In this document: in pieces, positions 13,943 through 26,648 of the stretch | Layout: the number at the start of each line of letters is the position of its first letter | Numbering within the stretch: the first letter of the stretch is position 1 | Assembly: GCF_006345805.1 (NCBI RefSeq) | Contig: NC_043019.1 | Location: 28,767,360-28,831,359 of the forward strand | Origin: Octopus sinensis | Taxonomy: Eukaryota | DNA length: 64,000 nucleotides | Reading direction: 5' to 3' | The notes under the pieces: generated by a model | The model's input: the letters and a program-made list of their open reading frames with translations, nothing else | The model's database searches: none | What the model was told of the DNA's origin: nothing | Program-made: the position numbers and the translations under genes

Positions 13943-14081
13943 CACACACACACACATATACATGTATGTATATGTGCATATTCATATCTATTATATCAAA
14001 GTCAATGTCTTTATGCGTGTTTGTGTGTTACTTATACGCACATGTTTGGTTTGAATTTCAGATGGCTTAAAGGGGGCAGAA

Positions 14082-14460
14082 CCCCCATGAAAATTCATAA
14101 ATTTTCGATGTTGATGAAATTTCAACCATAGGTAATTGACACACATTAAGAAGTATTCTCAAAGTTTCCAATTCGCATGAGGATTTTAAGACATCCTAAT
14201 GGGGACCTTAACTCCCAAATTTTAGTAATTTCTTTTATGATCCAAAACTAGATCAAAAGTACTGAATGGATCTTTACAAAATTTTGAAATTATATTCTAT
14301 GCATAAGACCCATAACCCCCATGACAATTCATATATTTTTGCTGTTGATGAAATTTTAACCATAGATATTAGACACAAATGAAGTAATATTTATAAAATT
14401 TCCTATTCTTAGAAGTTAGAAAGACCCCTTCATGGGAACTTAACTTTCACAATTTAGACA
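14082..14460. repeat. Diverged ~234-bp period duplication
   Basis: ccccatgaaaattcataaattttcgatgttgatgaaatttcaaccatag at 14082 recurs at about 14316. Confidence 0.7.
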
Positions 14461-15239
14461 TTTTATCTAAGCAAAGACGAATACAGTTGTACTCTTGAAA
14501 CCTAGAAACAATAATGGCTCAGAGGTGGTTCCATCCACTTCAAGACCCTAGAACTCCCAAACAAGGGCTCCACTACCAGATGCAGTTTAAAGTCATACCC
14601 AGGACACAAACAACAGCTACAACAATAACATCAACAAAATCTTTTTGCTTATGGAAGTTCTTAATTAATTTGTTCTTAATCTCAAATCAGCCTTGATCAA
14701 ACAGTTCTATTTTTGTAGGTATTAGAACTCTGATCACCCTATCTAATTTTATATTTTTGTGTATTTGTGACTACATAGTCCAATGAGACCTTCCTTTTTT
14801 GAAGGTGGTAGGGGTGTTATTTGAGGAGATTTGATTACTATTTCTAATAATTCAGGTAACTACTAAGAGGTTTGTATGCTTACGTAAATAATCGATAAAT
14901 AATTGTGCTACAAATTTCAGAGAAGATTTTGTTTCAGAAATAAATTTAGAAGTTTCAGATCAAACTGTGAATATTGATTTTATTTTTAAGAGTTAGTCAG
15001 TTGAATGTATAAAACATTGGTTCAAAAAAGCTCAATACTCGATCAATGTGCCAGAACTGAATATATCTGAATTCAAGAGTGGAAAATAGGGGTGTGGGTA
15101 GGGATAAAGATACTGTAGAAAATGTATGCAGATAGTAAACTTGTTGTTACTTTTAATTTTTCGCTATTTTAAAAAAAATTCTTTTGTTTTTGTATAAACA
15201 TTAGTCTAAGTGAAGAAGCACTTACTCACACATTTAACA

Positions 15240-16040
15240 TTTTGGCACAAGGCCAGCAATTTCAGGGGATAGCCAATTACATTGACCCCGGTGTTCAAAT
15301 GATACTTATTTTATTGACCTCAAAAGGATGAAAGGCAAAGTCAATCCTGGCAGAATTTGAACTCAGAACACAGAGTTGGACAAAACACTGCTAGGCATTT
15401 TTGCCTAGCAGGCTAATGATTCTTATTTCTTTATTGCCCACAAGGGGCTAAACATAGAGGGGACAAACAAGGACAGACAAAGGGGTTAAGTTGATTACAT
15501 TGACCCCAGTGTGTAACTGGTACTTAAGGCAAAGTCGACCTCGGCAGAATTTGAACTCAGAACGTAACGGCAGACGAAATACCTATTTCTTTACTACCCA
15601 CAAGGGGCTAAACACACAGGGGACAAACAAGGACAGACAAACGGATTAAGTCAATTAGATCGACCCCAGTGTGTAACTGGTACTTAATTTATCGACCCTG
15701 AAAGGATGAAAGGCAAAGTCGACCTCGGCAGAATTTGAACTTAGAACGTAACGGCAGACGAAATACTGCTAAGCATTTCGCCCGGCATGCTAACGATTCT
15801 GTCAGCTCGTCACTAATGATTCTGCTAGCTTGCTGCCTTAATTCTCATATTTAATATTGGTTTTAAATTTTGTCACAAGGCCTGCAATTTGAGGGAAGGG
15901 GTAAGTTGATTACATCAACCCCCAGAGGATAAAAGGCAAAGTGGATTTCAGCAGAATTTGAACTTAGAATGTAAAGATGGACAAAATACAGCTAAGCATT
16001 TTGCACAGTATGCTAACGATTCCACCAGCTTGCCACTTTA
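15240..16040 (-). mobile_element. Nested/tandem SINE family B cluster, including a dimeric copy (15424-15812)
   Basis: Repeated aggatgaaaggcaaagtc...gaatttgaactcagaac blocks and two tails. Confidence 0.85.
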
Positions 16041-16133
16041 ACTCACATATTTATTATTACAAACACAATAACTTTAATTAATCAAGGCTACCCCTGTTTT
16101 GAAGAAAGGTAAATGTTAGTGGACAATGCTTGA

Positions 16134-16363
16134 TTAACCCTTTCGTTACTGTATTTATTTTGAGATGCTCTGTGTTTCTTTCAATTATTTTAAATATAAC
16201 AAAGAATTTAGTAAAAATAATTTAGTTATAATTAAGCTAGTGTTAGGAAAATAAAATGTGACTAAGGTTTGGTGGAAGATTTTAATTCAAAACTTATGAA
16301 AACAAGACATTTGTACTACAGAGCCAGAGCCGGTTTTGGCCGGGTTGGTATCAAAAGGGTTAA
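16134..16363. mobile_element. piggyBac-type MITE (family P1)
   Basis: TTAA TSDs at 16134 and 16360; TIRs CCCTTTCGTTAC / GTATCAAAAGGG; near-identical to 45023-45250. Confidence 0.9.
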
Positions 16364-16653
16364 ACCAAACAAAAGCAAGGACAGCAACTAAAAAAAAATA
16401 CCTTTTATCTTCAAAATTTTTAATGGCCACCAGTAAAAACAAACAATTCTTGTTTCCAACTTTTATTTGGAAAAAGTAGAATCATTGTATTTTTGCAGCA
16501 TACAAGTCAATGTAGCATACAGTGTAAATATGCAGTGTATATGTTCTAACATTGTCACTATCTTTCCAAATCCTGCTGCAGTTCACATGGAATCTTTGGT
16601 CCTCCAAAGTCATCTTGGTATATAAGTCACCCTGTCTTTTTTTTTTTTTTGGC

Positions 16654-17082
16654 TCTTTTACTCTTCACTCTTTTACTCTTCACTCTTTTACTTGTTTCAG
16701 TCATTTGACTGTGGCCATGCTGGAGCACCACCTTTAGTCGAGCAAATCGAACCCTGGACTTATTCTTTGTAAGCCTAGTACTTATTCTATCGGTCTCTTT
16801 TGCCAAACCGCTAAGTTACGGGGGCGTAAACACACCAGCATCGGTTGTCAAGCGATGTTGGGAGGACAAATACAGACACACAAACATATACACACACACA
16901 CATACATATACATATATACAACAGGCTTCTTTCAGTTTCCGTCTACCAAATCCACTCACAAGGCTTTGGTTGGCCCAAGGCCATAGTAGAAAACACTTGC
17001 CCAAGGTGCCATGCAGTGGGACTGAACCTGGAACCATGTGATTAGTAAGCAAGCTACTTACCACACAGCCACTCCTATGCCT
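16654..17082 (-). mobile_element. SINE family A
   Basis: Full-length reverse copy. Confidence 0.9.
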
Positions 17083-17397
17083 AAATTTTGATTTGTAAAG
17101 TTCAACTTGTATGCCTGGAAATATGGTAAGTTCATATATAAGACAGAGGGATGCAATTTGAAAGAGATTTAGCTGAAATTTCTTACAGGTCTAGCAACTA
17201 TGTAGAGGTTTCTTTCATTGGTTCATACATACACACATTATTTTCCAGCATACAAGTTAATGTAGTATATAGTGTAAACATGTAGTGTAAATACTCAAAC
17301 ATTGCCACTATCTTTCCAAATGCACCAGACTCCAATCTTTCCAAATGCTGCTGCATTTCACATTTTTGGTCCTCCAAAGTCTTCTTGGTGTATAAAT

Positions 17398-17562
17398 CAT
17401 CATCATCGTTTAACATCCGCTTTCCATGCTAGCATGGGTTGGACGATTTGACTGAGGACTGGCGAACCAGATGGCTGCACCAGACTCCAATCTTGATCAT
17501 CTGGCAGAGTTTCTACAGCTGGATGCCCTTCCTAATGCCAACCACTCCAAGAGTGTAGTGGA
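17398..17562 (-). mobile_element. Family D short element
   Basis: (CAT)n followed by ttccatgctagcatgggttggac...ggatgcccttcctaatgccaaccactcc. Confidence 0.8.
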
Positions 17563-17852
17563 TTGGTTACAGCACTTTACATTCTAAGTTCAAATTCCAC
17601 CTTGGTACCTTTATTAGAGTCTGCTCTGTTGCAAGAATTGTTTCGATATATTAAATAATTCCTTTTAGTGTAGTTTTATTTTGCCTTTTTTGTTTTTTGT
17701 TTTCAAATTAGTATTTTCACTGTGATAGCATATTCTTTAGCAACCTTTTCCTGGTTAACATACAACAGGTGACATTTTGGTATCATTGTGTTGCCATGTG
17801 TGTTGTTTTGGCCAATCAGATACATGTAATTTGTGGACCATGTTTAAATATT

Positions 17853-18302
17853 TAACCCACATGTTATCATATTTCTGCTGAAATACATTGCCTTTGTTGT
17901 TTCAGTTAATTTTAGAAATAACGAAGAATTTAATAAAATAACTATACCATTATTAAGATGGGTTTTGAAATATTAATTAACCCTTTTGTTATCAAATCTC
18001 TGTTGAAATACACTGCCTTTGTTTCAATTAGTTTGAAAAATAATGAAGTATTTAGTGAACTAATTTTGTCATTATTAAGCTGGTGTTTGGAACATAAATT
18101 AACATGAAATTTTTATGGAGAAGTTTCATATAGGTCACTTTAAAAAGCAGGAAGTTTGTAACATAGAACCAGGAACGGTCTCAGAGGGGTTGATATCGGA
18201 AAAATTAACTCGATATTTTAAGGGGAAGTTTCAATTTAGATCACTAAACAAGATTTGTGTCATACAACCAAGGGTGTCTCAAGTGGGTTGTTATCAAAAG
18301 AG
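17853..18302. mobile_element. Nested old piggyBac-type MITEs
   Basis: ttaaccc starts at about 17853 and 17977; body like 2761-3040. Confidence 0.6.
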
Positions 18303-18322
18303 TATAAAAAATTCATGATTGT

Positions 18323-18520
18323 CGGCGAGCTGGCAGAAACGTTAGCACGCCAGGCGAAATGCTTAGCAGTATTTCGTCTGCCGCTACGTTCTGAGTTCAA
18401 ATTCCGCCGAGGTCGACTTTGCCTTTCATCCTTTCGGGGTCGATAAATTAAGTACCCGTTACGCACTGCGGTCAATATAATTGACTTAATCCGTTTGTCA
18501 GCCCTTGTTTGTCCCCTCTG
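18323..18520 (+). mobile_element. SINE family B
   Basis: ggcgagctggcagaaacgttagc...gagttcaaattcc...gcctttcatcctttcggggtcgataaattaagtacc (Nin/Deu-domain-like core). Confidence 0.9.
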
Positions 18521-18659
18521 CATAAGTATTGACAGTGCTTTGGTAAAATCTCTTGGCGACCATCTTGCACAAACTTTATGGAAGCAAAGCTTGCCATGGA
18601 TAATTTCATATCCAGAACCATGATAAATTTACAGAGAACTTTTAGAGGATGAAAGACAC

Positions 18660-19035
18660 CAGTATCTGAACACTTGAAAGGAGCTCAGCAACTTTTCCTC
18701 TGTGAGGCCTAATGCTCAAAAGGTGCTTTTTACATGCCAGTAATGTGACCCCAGCATCAGCCACAACTATGATTCCATTTGGCTTAATGGGTTCTCTGAA
18801 GTACAACATATCACCAAAGGTCCTGATCACTAGTCATTGCCTCCATGAGGTCCAAAGTTCAAAGATCATGCTTCACCACCTTGTCCCATATCTTCCTGGG
18901 TCTACCTCTACCACAGGTTCCCTCTACAGTTAGAGATAGGCACTGCTGTCCTCGTCCATACACATCACATGACCATACCAGCACATTCGTCTCTCTTGCA
19001 CACCACATCTGACACCTCTTATGCCTAACCACATT
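18660..19035 (-). mobile_element. RTE LINE 3' end relic
   Basis: ORF track 18859-19065 ends CLSLTVEGTCGRGRPRKIWDKVVKHDL, a typical RTE C-terminus. Confidence 0.8.
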
Positions 19036-19949
19036 GATGGTTACTTGTTGGTTCACCAAAATCATCTTCCAAGCTTACTGAATCCTCATATCAGTGGTAG
19101 AGGCTAATGGGTGTCCTGCTTCATCTTCATGCTTCATCCTTATCCAGCCATTTAAAAAAAAAATTCACTATCTGTTTGTAAACAGTTCTACATGTCAGAG
19201 CACTGCCTCCCCATTGTACTAAGAGCCTGCAATGAATTTTAGCCTCTGACACGCCTTCAGACCAGAGAAATCAGATCTTTGATCTCTGTTATTCCTTGGT
19301 GCACATTGCCAGCAGAGTGGATATGTTTAGTTTGTAACACAAAGAAAGAAAACTGGAGTGATCAAGGTCAACCTCGGTTATGTAACCAAAAGAGTACCAC
19401 CTTTTAACACATGGATGCTGAAGGCAGTGCAGCCAACCTGATGAAAGTTTTGGCAAAAGAGCAGATACGTTTTCACTTACTGTCACACACACACACATAT
19501 ACATATAAATACAAATATATATATACATATATATACCTATATATACACGAACACACACACACATACATAAATTATATACATATAATAATATACATATATA
19601 AATACAAATATATATACATATATAAAAATATATATATATATATTATATATATATATATATATAAATATAATAGAAATATTAAAATTACTAAGTCTCTCTA
19701 AAATATAAATATATATAAATACATACATAAAATATATACATACATATATAAATACAAATATAAATATATACGTACATAATATATATATATAAAATTTTGA
19801 ATTGTGCAATAGAAACAGCTCTAGAGTAAAATCTTATTCTATATAACATACTTAATGTATGTGTGTTGTTGAACAGCCTGAAGTTGCAGTTAAAAAAAAA
19901 CAAAAAAACAGAGAGAGAGGGGGGGGGTGAAATCCTTGGTACAGTTAGA

Positions 19950-20146
19950 TATATTTGAAAAAGGAAAAGAGTGACTACACCGGTAGTTCTAATCAATTTA
20001 ATTTTCTTCTAATAATATAATATAATTTCACAGTTTGGCTTGTAGATCTAGTTCTACAAGCCAAACTGTAAAATTATATTATATTATTAGAAAATTAATT
20101 CGATTAGCACTACTAGTGAAGCAATTCTTTTCCTTTTTCAAATATA
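19950..20146. repeat. Imperfect ~98-bp-arm palindrome
   Basis: tatatttgaaaaaggaaaaga...cagtttggcttgtaga-tctagt-tctacaagccaaactg...tcttttcctttttcaaatata, centre about 20049. Confidence 0.9.
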
Positions 20147-20511
20147 CACAGACATGACAGAAGTAAATAGACACTCCATAAAACATTGTTTTATGTTTAT
20201 TTTTAACTTGCAGAGGTTTATATTTTTTTTTATTAAATGACATTGTTATGTTTAAGGTTCTATATGTAACTGTTTAACCATGCCACATACATAAGAAGCT
20301 TTGGAACTGTCCGAATTTCAAAGAGGCCATATTGTGGGTCAATCTGAAGGCGTACTAGGTCAGCATAAAATCGCAGAAAACCTTGGGATTCCGCTTTCTA
20401 CAGTTTGTTTTCTTGTGATTTACCTTGCATTTATTTTGCAACCACACAGATAATCATTTATAATCATTTTCTTTACAGACATCATGTATTTATGTCTACA
20501 TTAACCATTAT

Positions 20512-20906
20512 AGGTGCAGGAGTGGCTGTGTGGTAAGTAGCTTGCTTACCAGCCACATGGTTCTGGGTTCAGTCCCACTGCATGGCACCTTGGGCAAGTG
20601 TCTTCTACTATAGCCTCGGGCTGACCAAAGCCTTGTGAGTGGATTTGGTAGACGGAAACTGAAAGAAGCCCGTCATATATATGTATATATATATATATAT
20701 GTGTGTTTGTCCCCCCAACATTGCTTGACAACTGATGCTGGTGTGTTTACGTCCCCATAACTTAGCAGTTCGGCAAAAGAGAGCAATAGAATAAGTACTA
20801 GGCTTACAAAGAATAAGTCCTGGGGGTCGATTTGCTCAACCAAAGGCAGTGCTCCAGCATGGCCGCAGTCAAATGACTGAAACAAGTAAAAGTAAAAGAG
20901 AAAGAG
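20512..20906 (+). mobile_element. SINE family A
   Basis: Full-length copy. Confidence 0.9.
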
Positions 20907-21058
20907 AACCCTTATACGTCATCTGACGATGGGACAGTCTATGATATATATGTATATATACCTTCTATCTATAAATGCTCTATCTAATATCTATACAGCC
21001 TTGGTTTTTTTAATCAGATTATGCAAAAAATTCATACATATATATGTATGTATGTATG

Positions 21059-21095
<37 letters not shown>

Positions 21096-22071
21096 TTTAC
21101 ATAGTGAACAATAGCATTGTTCTGATGTTTCAAATAGCCCAATCAAAAGTGATCAAGAGTGAATTTCATCAGTTTTTCATTTTCCTTATACCCTTTACTG
21201 ATATATGGCAGACTTCCACACAGTTTCCACCTACCACATTCAAAGGATAAGTCATGAGGTGACTGAGATTTGTCAACAGGAGTTCGTGGCAGAAGTCACT
21301 TAACAAAGTGTTGCGTTGTAGACTCAGACCCTCAACAACATAGCTATGAAGCAAACTCTTCACCCACACAATCATATCTGAAAACATTTTCAACACTTTT
21401 TTCTTTACAGACATCATGTATCTATGTCTATATTAACCACTATGTCTTTGCTTTTTTTCTAAATGGTCAACTAAACATGATTTTAAGGGTGGTTTTGCTG
21501 CTATTTCTAGCATCTCAAGCAACTGGTTAGAGTGTCCCTCTTCATGAAACTGCGATTTTGAGTGTACCACTGAAGGAGTTTACTAAACTTACTGCATGTT
21601 CTTTATTCCCTTTCTTACTTTTCAGCGAAGAGAATACTTTGGTTTGAATTTGGTAAGATAAGAGATACAAACTCTCTCCTTCCTCTACATATTTAAAAAA
21701 ACCCGAATATCCTAACATGTGACAAATTATGTCAGTTTATGAAGTGAAAATATAGGTCAATTCTTATCATTTTTCAACTTGTTCTTGGTTCATAATGTAA
21801 CAACACTATATTTTGGACTCTGTATTACCAAGGAGCATGCCTACTTAGGGCACACAGTGAATATGTGCTGAGATAGGGAAGCTGAAATCTCAAAGAAAAT
21901 AAGGGCAGCAGGACCAGTCCCAAGAATTTTTCGAAGGGAGAGTACAAGGTCAGAAGCAAATACAATTCCAGGAGAAAAGGGTATAATAACATTACTTAGA
22001 AGGCTTCACTTCTTTTCTTGAATCTCTGTTTACCAATAGTTTTGATAGATCCTGAGTTTTATAGTGTTTTA

Positions 22072-22489
22072 TATTTCTTTATTGCCCACAAGGGGCTAAA
22101 CATAGAGGAGACAAACAAGGACAGACAAAGGTATTAAGTCGATTACATCAATCCCAGTGTGTAACTGGTACTTAATTTATTGACCCCGAAAGGATGAAAG
22201 GCAAAGTCAACCTCGGCGGAATTTGAACTCAGAATGTAGCGGCCGATGAAATACCAATTTCTTTACTACCCACAAGGGGCTAAACACAGAGAGGACAAAC
22301 AAGGACAGACAAAGGTATTAAGTCGATTACATCAATCCCAGTGTGTAACTGGTACTTAATTTATTGACCCCGAAAGGATGAAAGGCAAAGTTGACCTCGG
22401 CGGAATTTGAATTCAGAACGTAGCGGCCGATGAAATACCACTAAGCATTTCGCCCGGCGTGCTGACATTTCTGCCAGCTTGCTGCCTTA
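22072..22489 (-). mobile_element. Dimeric SINE family B
   Basis: Two nearly identical ~184-bp units (22072-22255 and 22256-22440) followed by the head. Confidence 0.9.
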
Positions 22490-22631
22490 TTTCTGCCAAT
22501 AACATCAATGTAGTCGAGTAGTTTCCTTCCTCTTTTAGAGGATGAAAGTTTCCAATTACAATATTTGATATGGTGTGTTGTTTGCATGATAGTAGTGTCC
22601 AGCAGAACCTGCTCTGTCTTGAGTAATAACA

Positions 22632-23252
22632 GTGGAAATGCATGGCTAAGTGGTTAGGATATTGGACTCATGATCATAAGATTGTGGTTTTGATTCTGCC
22701 ACTGAGTGATGTGTTGTGGTCTTGAGCAATACACTTCATTTCATGTTCCAGTCCATTCAGCTGGCAAAAGATGTGTAATTCTGTGATGGACTGGTGTTCT
22801 ATCCATGGAAACTGGCCCTTTGAATCTATATGGTTCAGGAAGGATTTTATATCTATTCTTTTACTTGTTTCAGTCATTTGACTGCAGCCATGCTGGAGCA
22901 CCACCTTTAGTCGAGCAAATCGACCCCGGAACTTACTCTTTGTAAGCCCAGTACTTATTCTATCGGTCTCTTTTGCCGAACCGCTAAGTGACGGGGACGT
23001 AAACACACCAGCATCGGTTGTCAGGCAATGCTAGGGGGACAAACACAGATACACAAACACACACACACATACATATATACATACATACGACAGGCTTCTT
23101 TCAGTTTCCATCTACCAAATCCACTCACAAGGCATTGGTCGGCCCGGGGCTATAGCAGAAGACACTTGCCCAAGATGCCATGCAGTGGGACTGAACCCGG
23201 AACCATGTGGTTGGTTAGCAAGCTACTTACCACACAGCCACTCCTGTGCCTA
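22632..23252. mobile_element. SINE family C (+, 22632-22830) and family A (-, 22855-23252)
   Basis: Matches to other copies in the window. Confidence 0.85.
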
Positions 23253-23289
23253 TGGGTGAGTTGTGTCCATAAATCTCCTCTTTGGTCTT

Positions 23290-24310
23290 TTGCTCCTACC
23301 AGGAGCTGTTCTGAACCGCCATGAGAAGTCTGGTGTATGTATCATCAAGGTGATCTTGGAGAAGAATGCTCCCTACTCATGCCCTGAAGAAAGGTTTTGT
23401 TGACTGTGAAGTATTTGATTGACAGATGTCTTGAAGTGTATTACAAGCACTCCAGGCTAGTCTCTTGTATGTAAAGAAGCTTTACTTATTGTCAGCAATG
23501 TAGGACCCAACTTACTTGAAGTCAATGATTATTTTGAGTTGTGTGACATGGTTGGAACAGGTGGCTTTCCTTTTCATTGATGGTCATGTATTCAGCCTTC
23601 TTTGAATTAAGAATCAAACTGTCTTTAGCTGCAGCTTTCCTGAAAGATGTTAACAAGTCTTAACACATCTCACAGTTGAGCTGCGTGGGCATGATCATTA
23701 TCTCAATCAAGGTCAGAGAGACAAAATCTGCTGATACCTTGATGGTAAAGCCTTTGTCATGGATTAAGCCAGGAGTTTATCTAAGGATATAATCTACTAC
23801 AATCACAAAGAGTAAGAGAACTATGGTATTCCAGATTACAAGGCGGCGAGCTGGCAGAAACGTTAGCATGCTGGGCGAAATGCGTAGCTGTATTTTGTCT
23901 GCCGTTACGTTCTGAGTACAAATTCCGCCGAGGTCGATTTTGCCTTTCATCCTTTCGGGGGTCAATAAATTAAGTACCAGTTACGCACCAGGGTCAATAT
24001 AATCGACTTAATCCGTCTGTCTGTCCTTGTTTGTCCCCTCTGTGTTTAGCCCCTTGTGGGTACTAAAGAAATAGGTATTCCAGATTATAATTCTTAAAGA
24101 GAAAGAGGACTATGATATACCATGATGAGATTATCAAAGCCATCACCATCAAGTACAAAAATTCATCAAGCTTTGCACAAAAACATTGCCATATCCAGCT
24201 AAAGAGTTCCCAACAACAGCAGGAATCCTTTGGGCAGACATCTTCACTCCTTTTCTCCTTGTGATTGTAGTAGACTACATCTTTAGGCAAAGTCTTGACC
24301 ACATCCAAAA
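23290..24310 (-). mobile_element. Decayed RTE-clade RT fragment interrupted by a SINE B copy
   Basis: Minus-strand relics LLTSFRKAAAKDSLILNSKKAEYM and DFK*VGSYI. Confidence 0.6.
23840..24073 (+). mobile_element. SINE family B with a 14-bp TSD
   Basis: GGTATTCCAGATTA at 23825-23838 and 24074-24087. Confidence 0.92.
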
Positions 24311-24669
24311 ATTGAGGCCTGAATATCTTGAAATATGTTTTATTCATATTTATTCATAAATTTAATTAATAAAATTAGGTAAACGAATGTTGACTTTATA
24401 ATTTTCCTCTATATCTTCAACTTTAAAAACTTTTTTTTTGAAACTGCCCATCTGAAGCATACCAATAATATTTTGCGTGTTTCCCCTGTGCACCATAAAG
24501 TCAAAAAGAGTGAGAACCATTTGTAGTACAATGTGATTTTTCATAGATTTGGCTGCTATTTCGTGTAGGTTGAGCAAATGTATAGAAAATACCTGGTTAG
24601 TTTGTCCTTTTTTTCTTTGATAGGTGCAGGTGTGGCTGTGTGGTAAGAAATTTCCTTCTAAACCAATCT

Positions 24670-25070
24670 GATTCTGAAGGAATGTTTTTGTGAACTAGCA
24701 TATGTCTTTTAAGTCCAGATATTGTCTTACAAGTTTTTTGATGTATGACACACATTGTAAGAGGCAGTTGGTGTCCAAGATCACTTCCTCTCTGGGCATT
24801 TCGATTTTCATGTGACTTCATATGATTCATGTATCCTGCTTTTGACAACAGAACACTGTCACACATAATACATATCCAATGTTCAATGTTGATTACAGTA
24901 TCAATTGTTCCTTTGTGACAGATCCTTTTAAGTTCAGAGTGCTGAATCAGATTTTCCTCTTAGGCATTTGCAACCAGTCCTAACAGCTTCTCTCTACTTG
25001 TTCTGATCTAGAACCTCATTTTCCCAATCACATTTTTTTCATATCTAGTTTCTTCAGCTTTTTCTTCACG
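24670..25070 (-). mobile_element. RTE-like LINE 3' end carrying two C2H2-like fingers
   Basis: WENEVLDQNK*REAV... followed by ICDSVLLSKAGYMNHMKSH and CVIHQKTCKTISGLKRHMLVH. Confidence 0.55.
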
Positions 25071-25271
25071 ACTGAAAAAATTGGAGTCAACAAGAATATA
25101 CCATAACTATGTGTGTGTGTGTGTGTGTTTGTCCCCCCACCATCACATGACAACCGATGCTGGCGTGGTTATATCTCTCGTAACTTAGCTGTTCAGCAAA
25201 AGAGACTGACAGAATAATTACTAGGCTTACAAAGAATAAGTCCTGGGGTCAATTTCTTCAACTAAAACCCT

Positions 25272-25495
25272 TTAACCCTTTAGCATTCAAACCGGCCATA
25301 TCTGGCCAAAATATTTAACCTGTTTTATGTTGAAACTGGTCAGATCTGGCCTCTCACCTCCACCCTACTATGTCCATTCTAAGACTAAACAATCACATCA
25401 TAGGCATCTCTACAAGATAATGCATGATTAATTTAAAACAATATAAATAAACAAACATTACATTTGACAGAATAATCTGAACACTAAAGGGTTAA
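25272..25495. mobile_element. piggyBac-type MITE (family P2) inserted into a SINE A copy (~25110-25550)
   Basis: TTAA-CCCTTTAGCATTCA...TGAACACTAAAGGG-TTAA; the SINE A sequence resumes after the TTAA. Confidence 0.9.
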
Positions 25496-25674
25496 GGTGG
25501 TGCTCCAGCATGGCTGCAGGCAAATGACTGAAACAAGTAAAAGAGTAGAAGAATATATGTAGTATATATGTATAATTAAATTAGGCAGCGGTTTAGCAAT
25601 GAATCACCAAAAAGGAAAACTATAATTGTCACTAGATATGACAGGTGTCAGAACACCTACAATGCTAGGTGTTC

Positions 25675-25689
<15 letters not shown>

Positions 25690-25709
<20 letters not shown>

Positions 25710-26172
25710 GTCGACTTTCTGTGCAACATTTTATGGTTATTAGTCAACTTAATGTCACTCACCCCACTTCTGTTCCCACTCTGTAGCACCCCACACAATG
25801 TTCAATATTTGGTGCATGATTTTCTCACTTTTTTTATCCGTTTCTCTATCCTTCTCCACTCTCCTCTTGTGCACAGAACTTTCCCCATCTATTTCAATCT
25901 GTCTCTCTACCTATTTGCTGCCTTTCTCTCTTTACTATCTTCCATTTCTTCCTCTGTCAACTATGTACCATCTATCTTTATTCTCTTTTTCCTCCACACT
26001 CTCTCTTTCTTCCTGCTTGTCTTCCCCAACCGTCTCTGCTCCACTCTGTCTCTCTTTCTTCACTTTTTGGTACCAAAAGACCATCCAATTTTTCATCACT
26101 CATCTTTTTTCTACTTGACTAGTAGTGCATAGGTAAGACATATTTTGTCTCATCTCCTGCCTAGCACTCACT
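25690..26172. repeat. Pyrimidine-rich repeat, copy 1 (copy 2 at 29158-29935)
   Basis: gactttctgtgcaacattttatggtt...aaaagaccatccaattttt...catctcctgcctagca is present in both copies. Confidence 0.8.
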
Positions 26173-26489
26173 TCGAGTGTAGGACAAAAGCCTCTCGGAC
26201 AAAGGCCCTATAGTTAAAGTGTAAAAGTGGACAAAAACCCCATGTTTATATATATATATTTTTTTCACCTTTTGCCGGTTTCAGTCATTAGACAGTGGCC
26301 ATGCTGGGGCACTGCCTTGAATAATTTTTAGTTGAACATATCGACGGTAGAATTTTTTTTACTTGTTGCATTTATTAGACTGTGGCCATGCTGGGTAAAA
26401 CCTTGAAGAATTTTTAGTTGAATGTATCGACGCCAGAATTTTAAAATATTTTTACTTGCTGCTGCAGCATTGCATCCATTATTTGCTAA

Positions 26490-26648
26490 AATGTAGAAGG
26501 GGCCAGTAGTTTAGGGGCATTCGGAAAACTAACAGTCAAGTTTGAGAAATATGTCAAAGAAATCGGAATTGACATGAGAGCAGAACAAGCCCAAAACAAT
26601 GCTCTGTTTGGGACAGCTAGGATTTTGAGATTGGTACTTGGATGTTGA
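26490..26648 (+). mobile_element. R4/Dong-like non-LTR retrotransposon C-terminal fragment
   Basis: VVLGAFGKLTVKFEKYVKEIGIDMRAEQAQNNALFGTARILRLVLGC* resembles the restriction-like-endonuclease-proximal C-terminus of R4-clade elements. Confidence 0.6.

Noticed and set aside
25626-26132. 168-aa hydrophobic ORF, and the related ORFs at 29151 and 29777
   Set aside because: Low-complexity pyrimidine-rich repeat; the frame is not conserved between the two copies.
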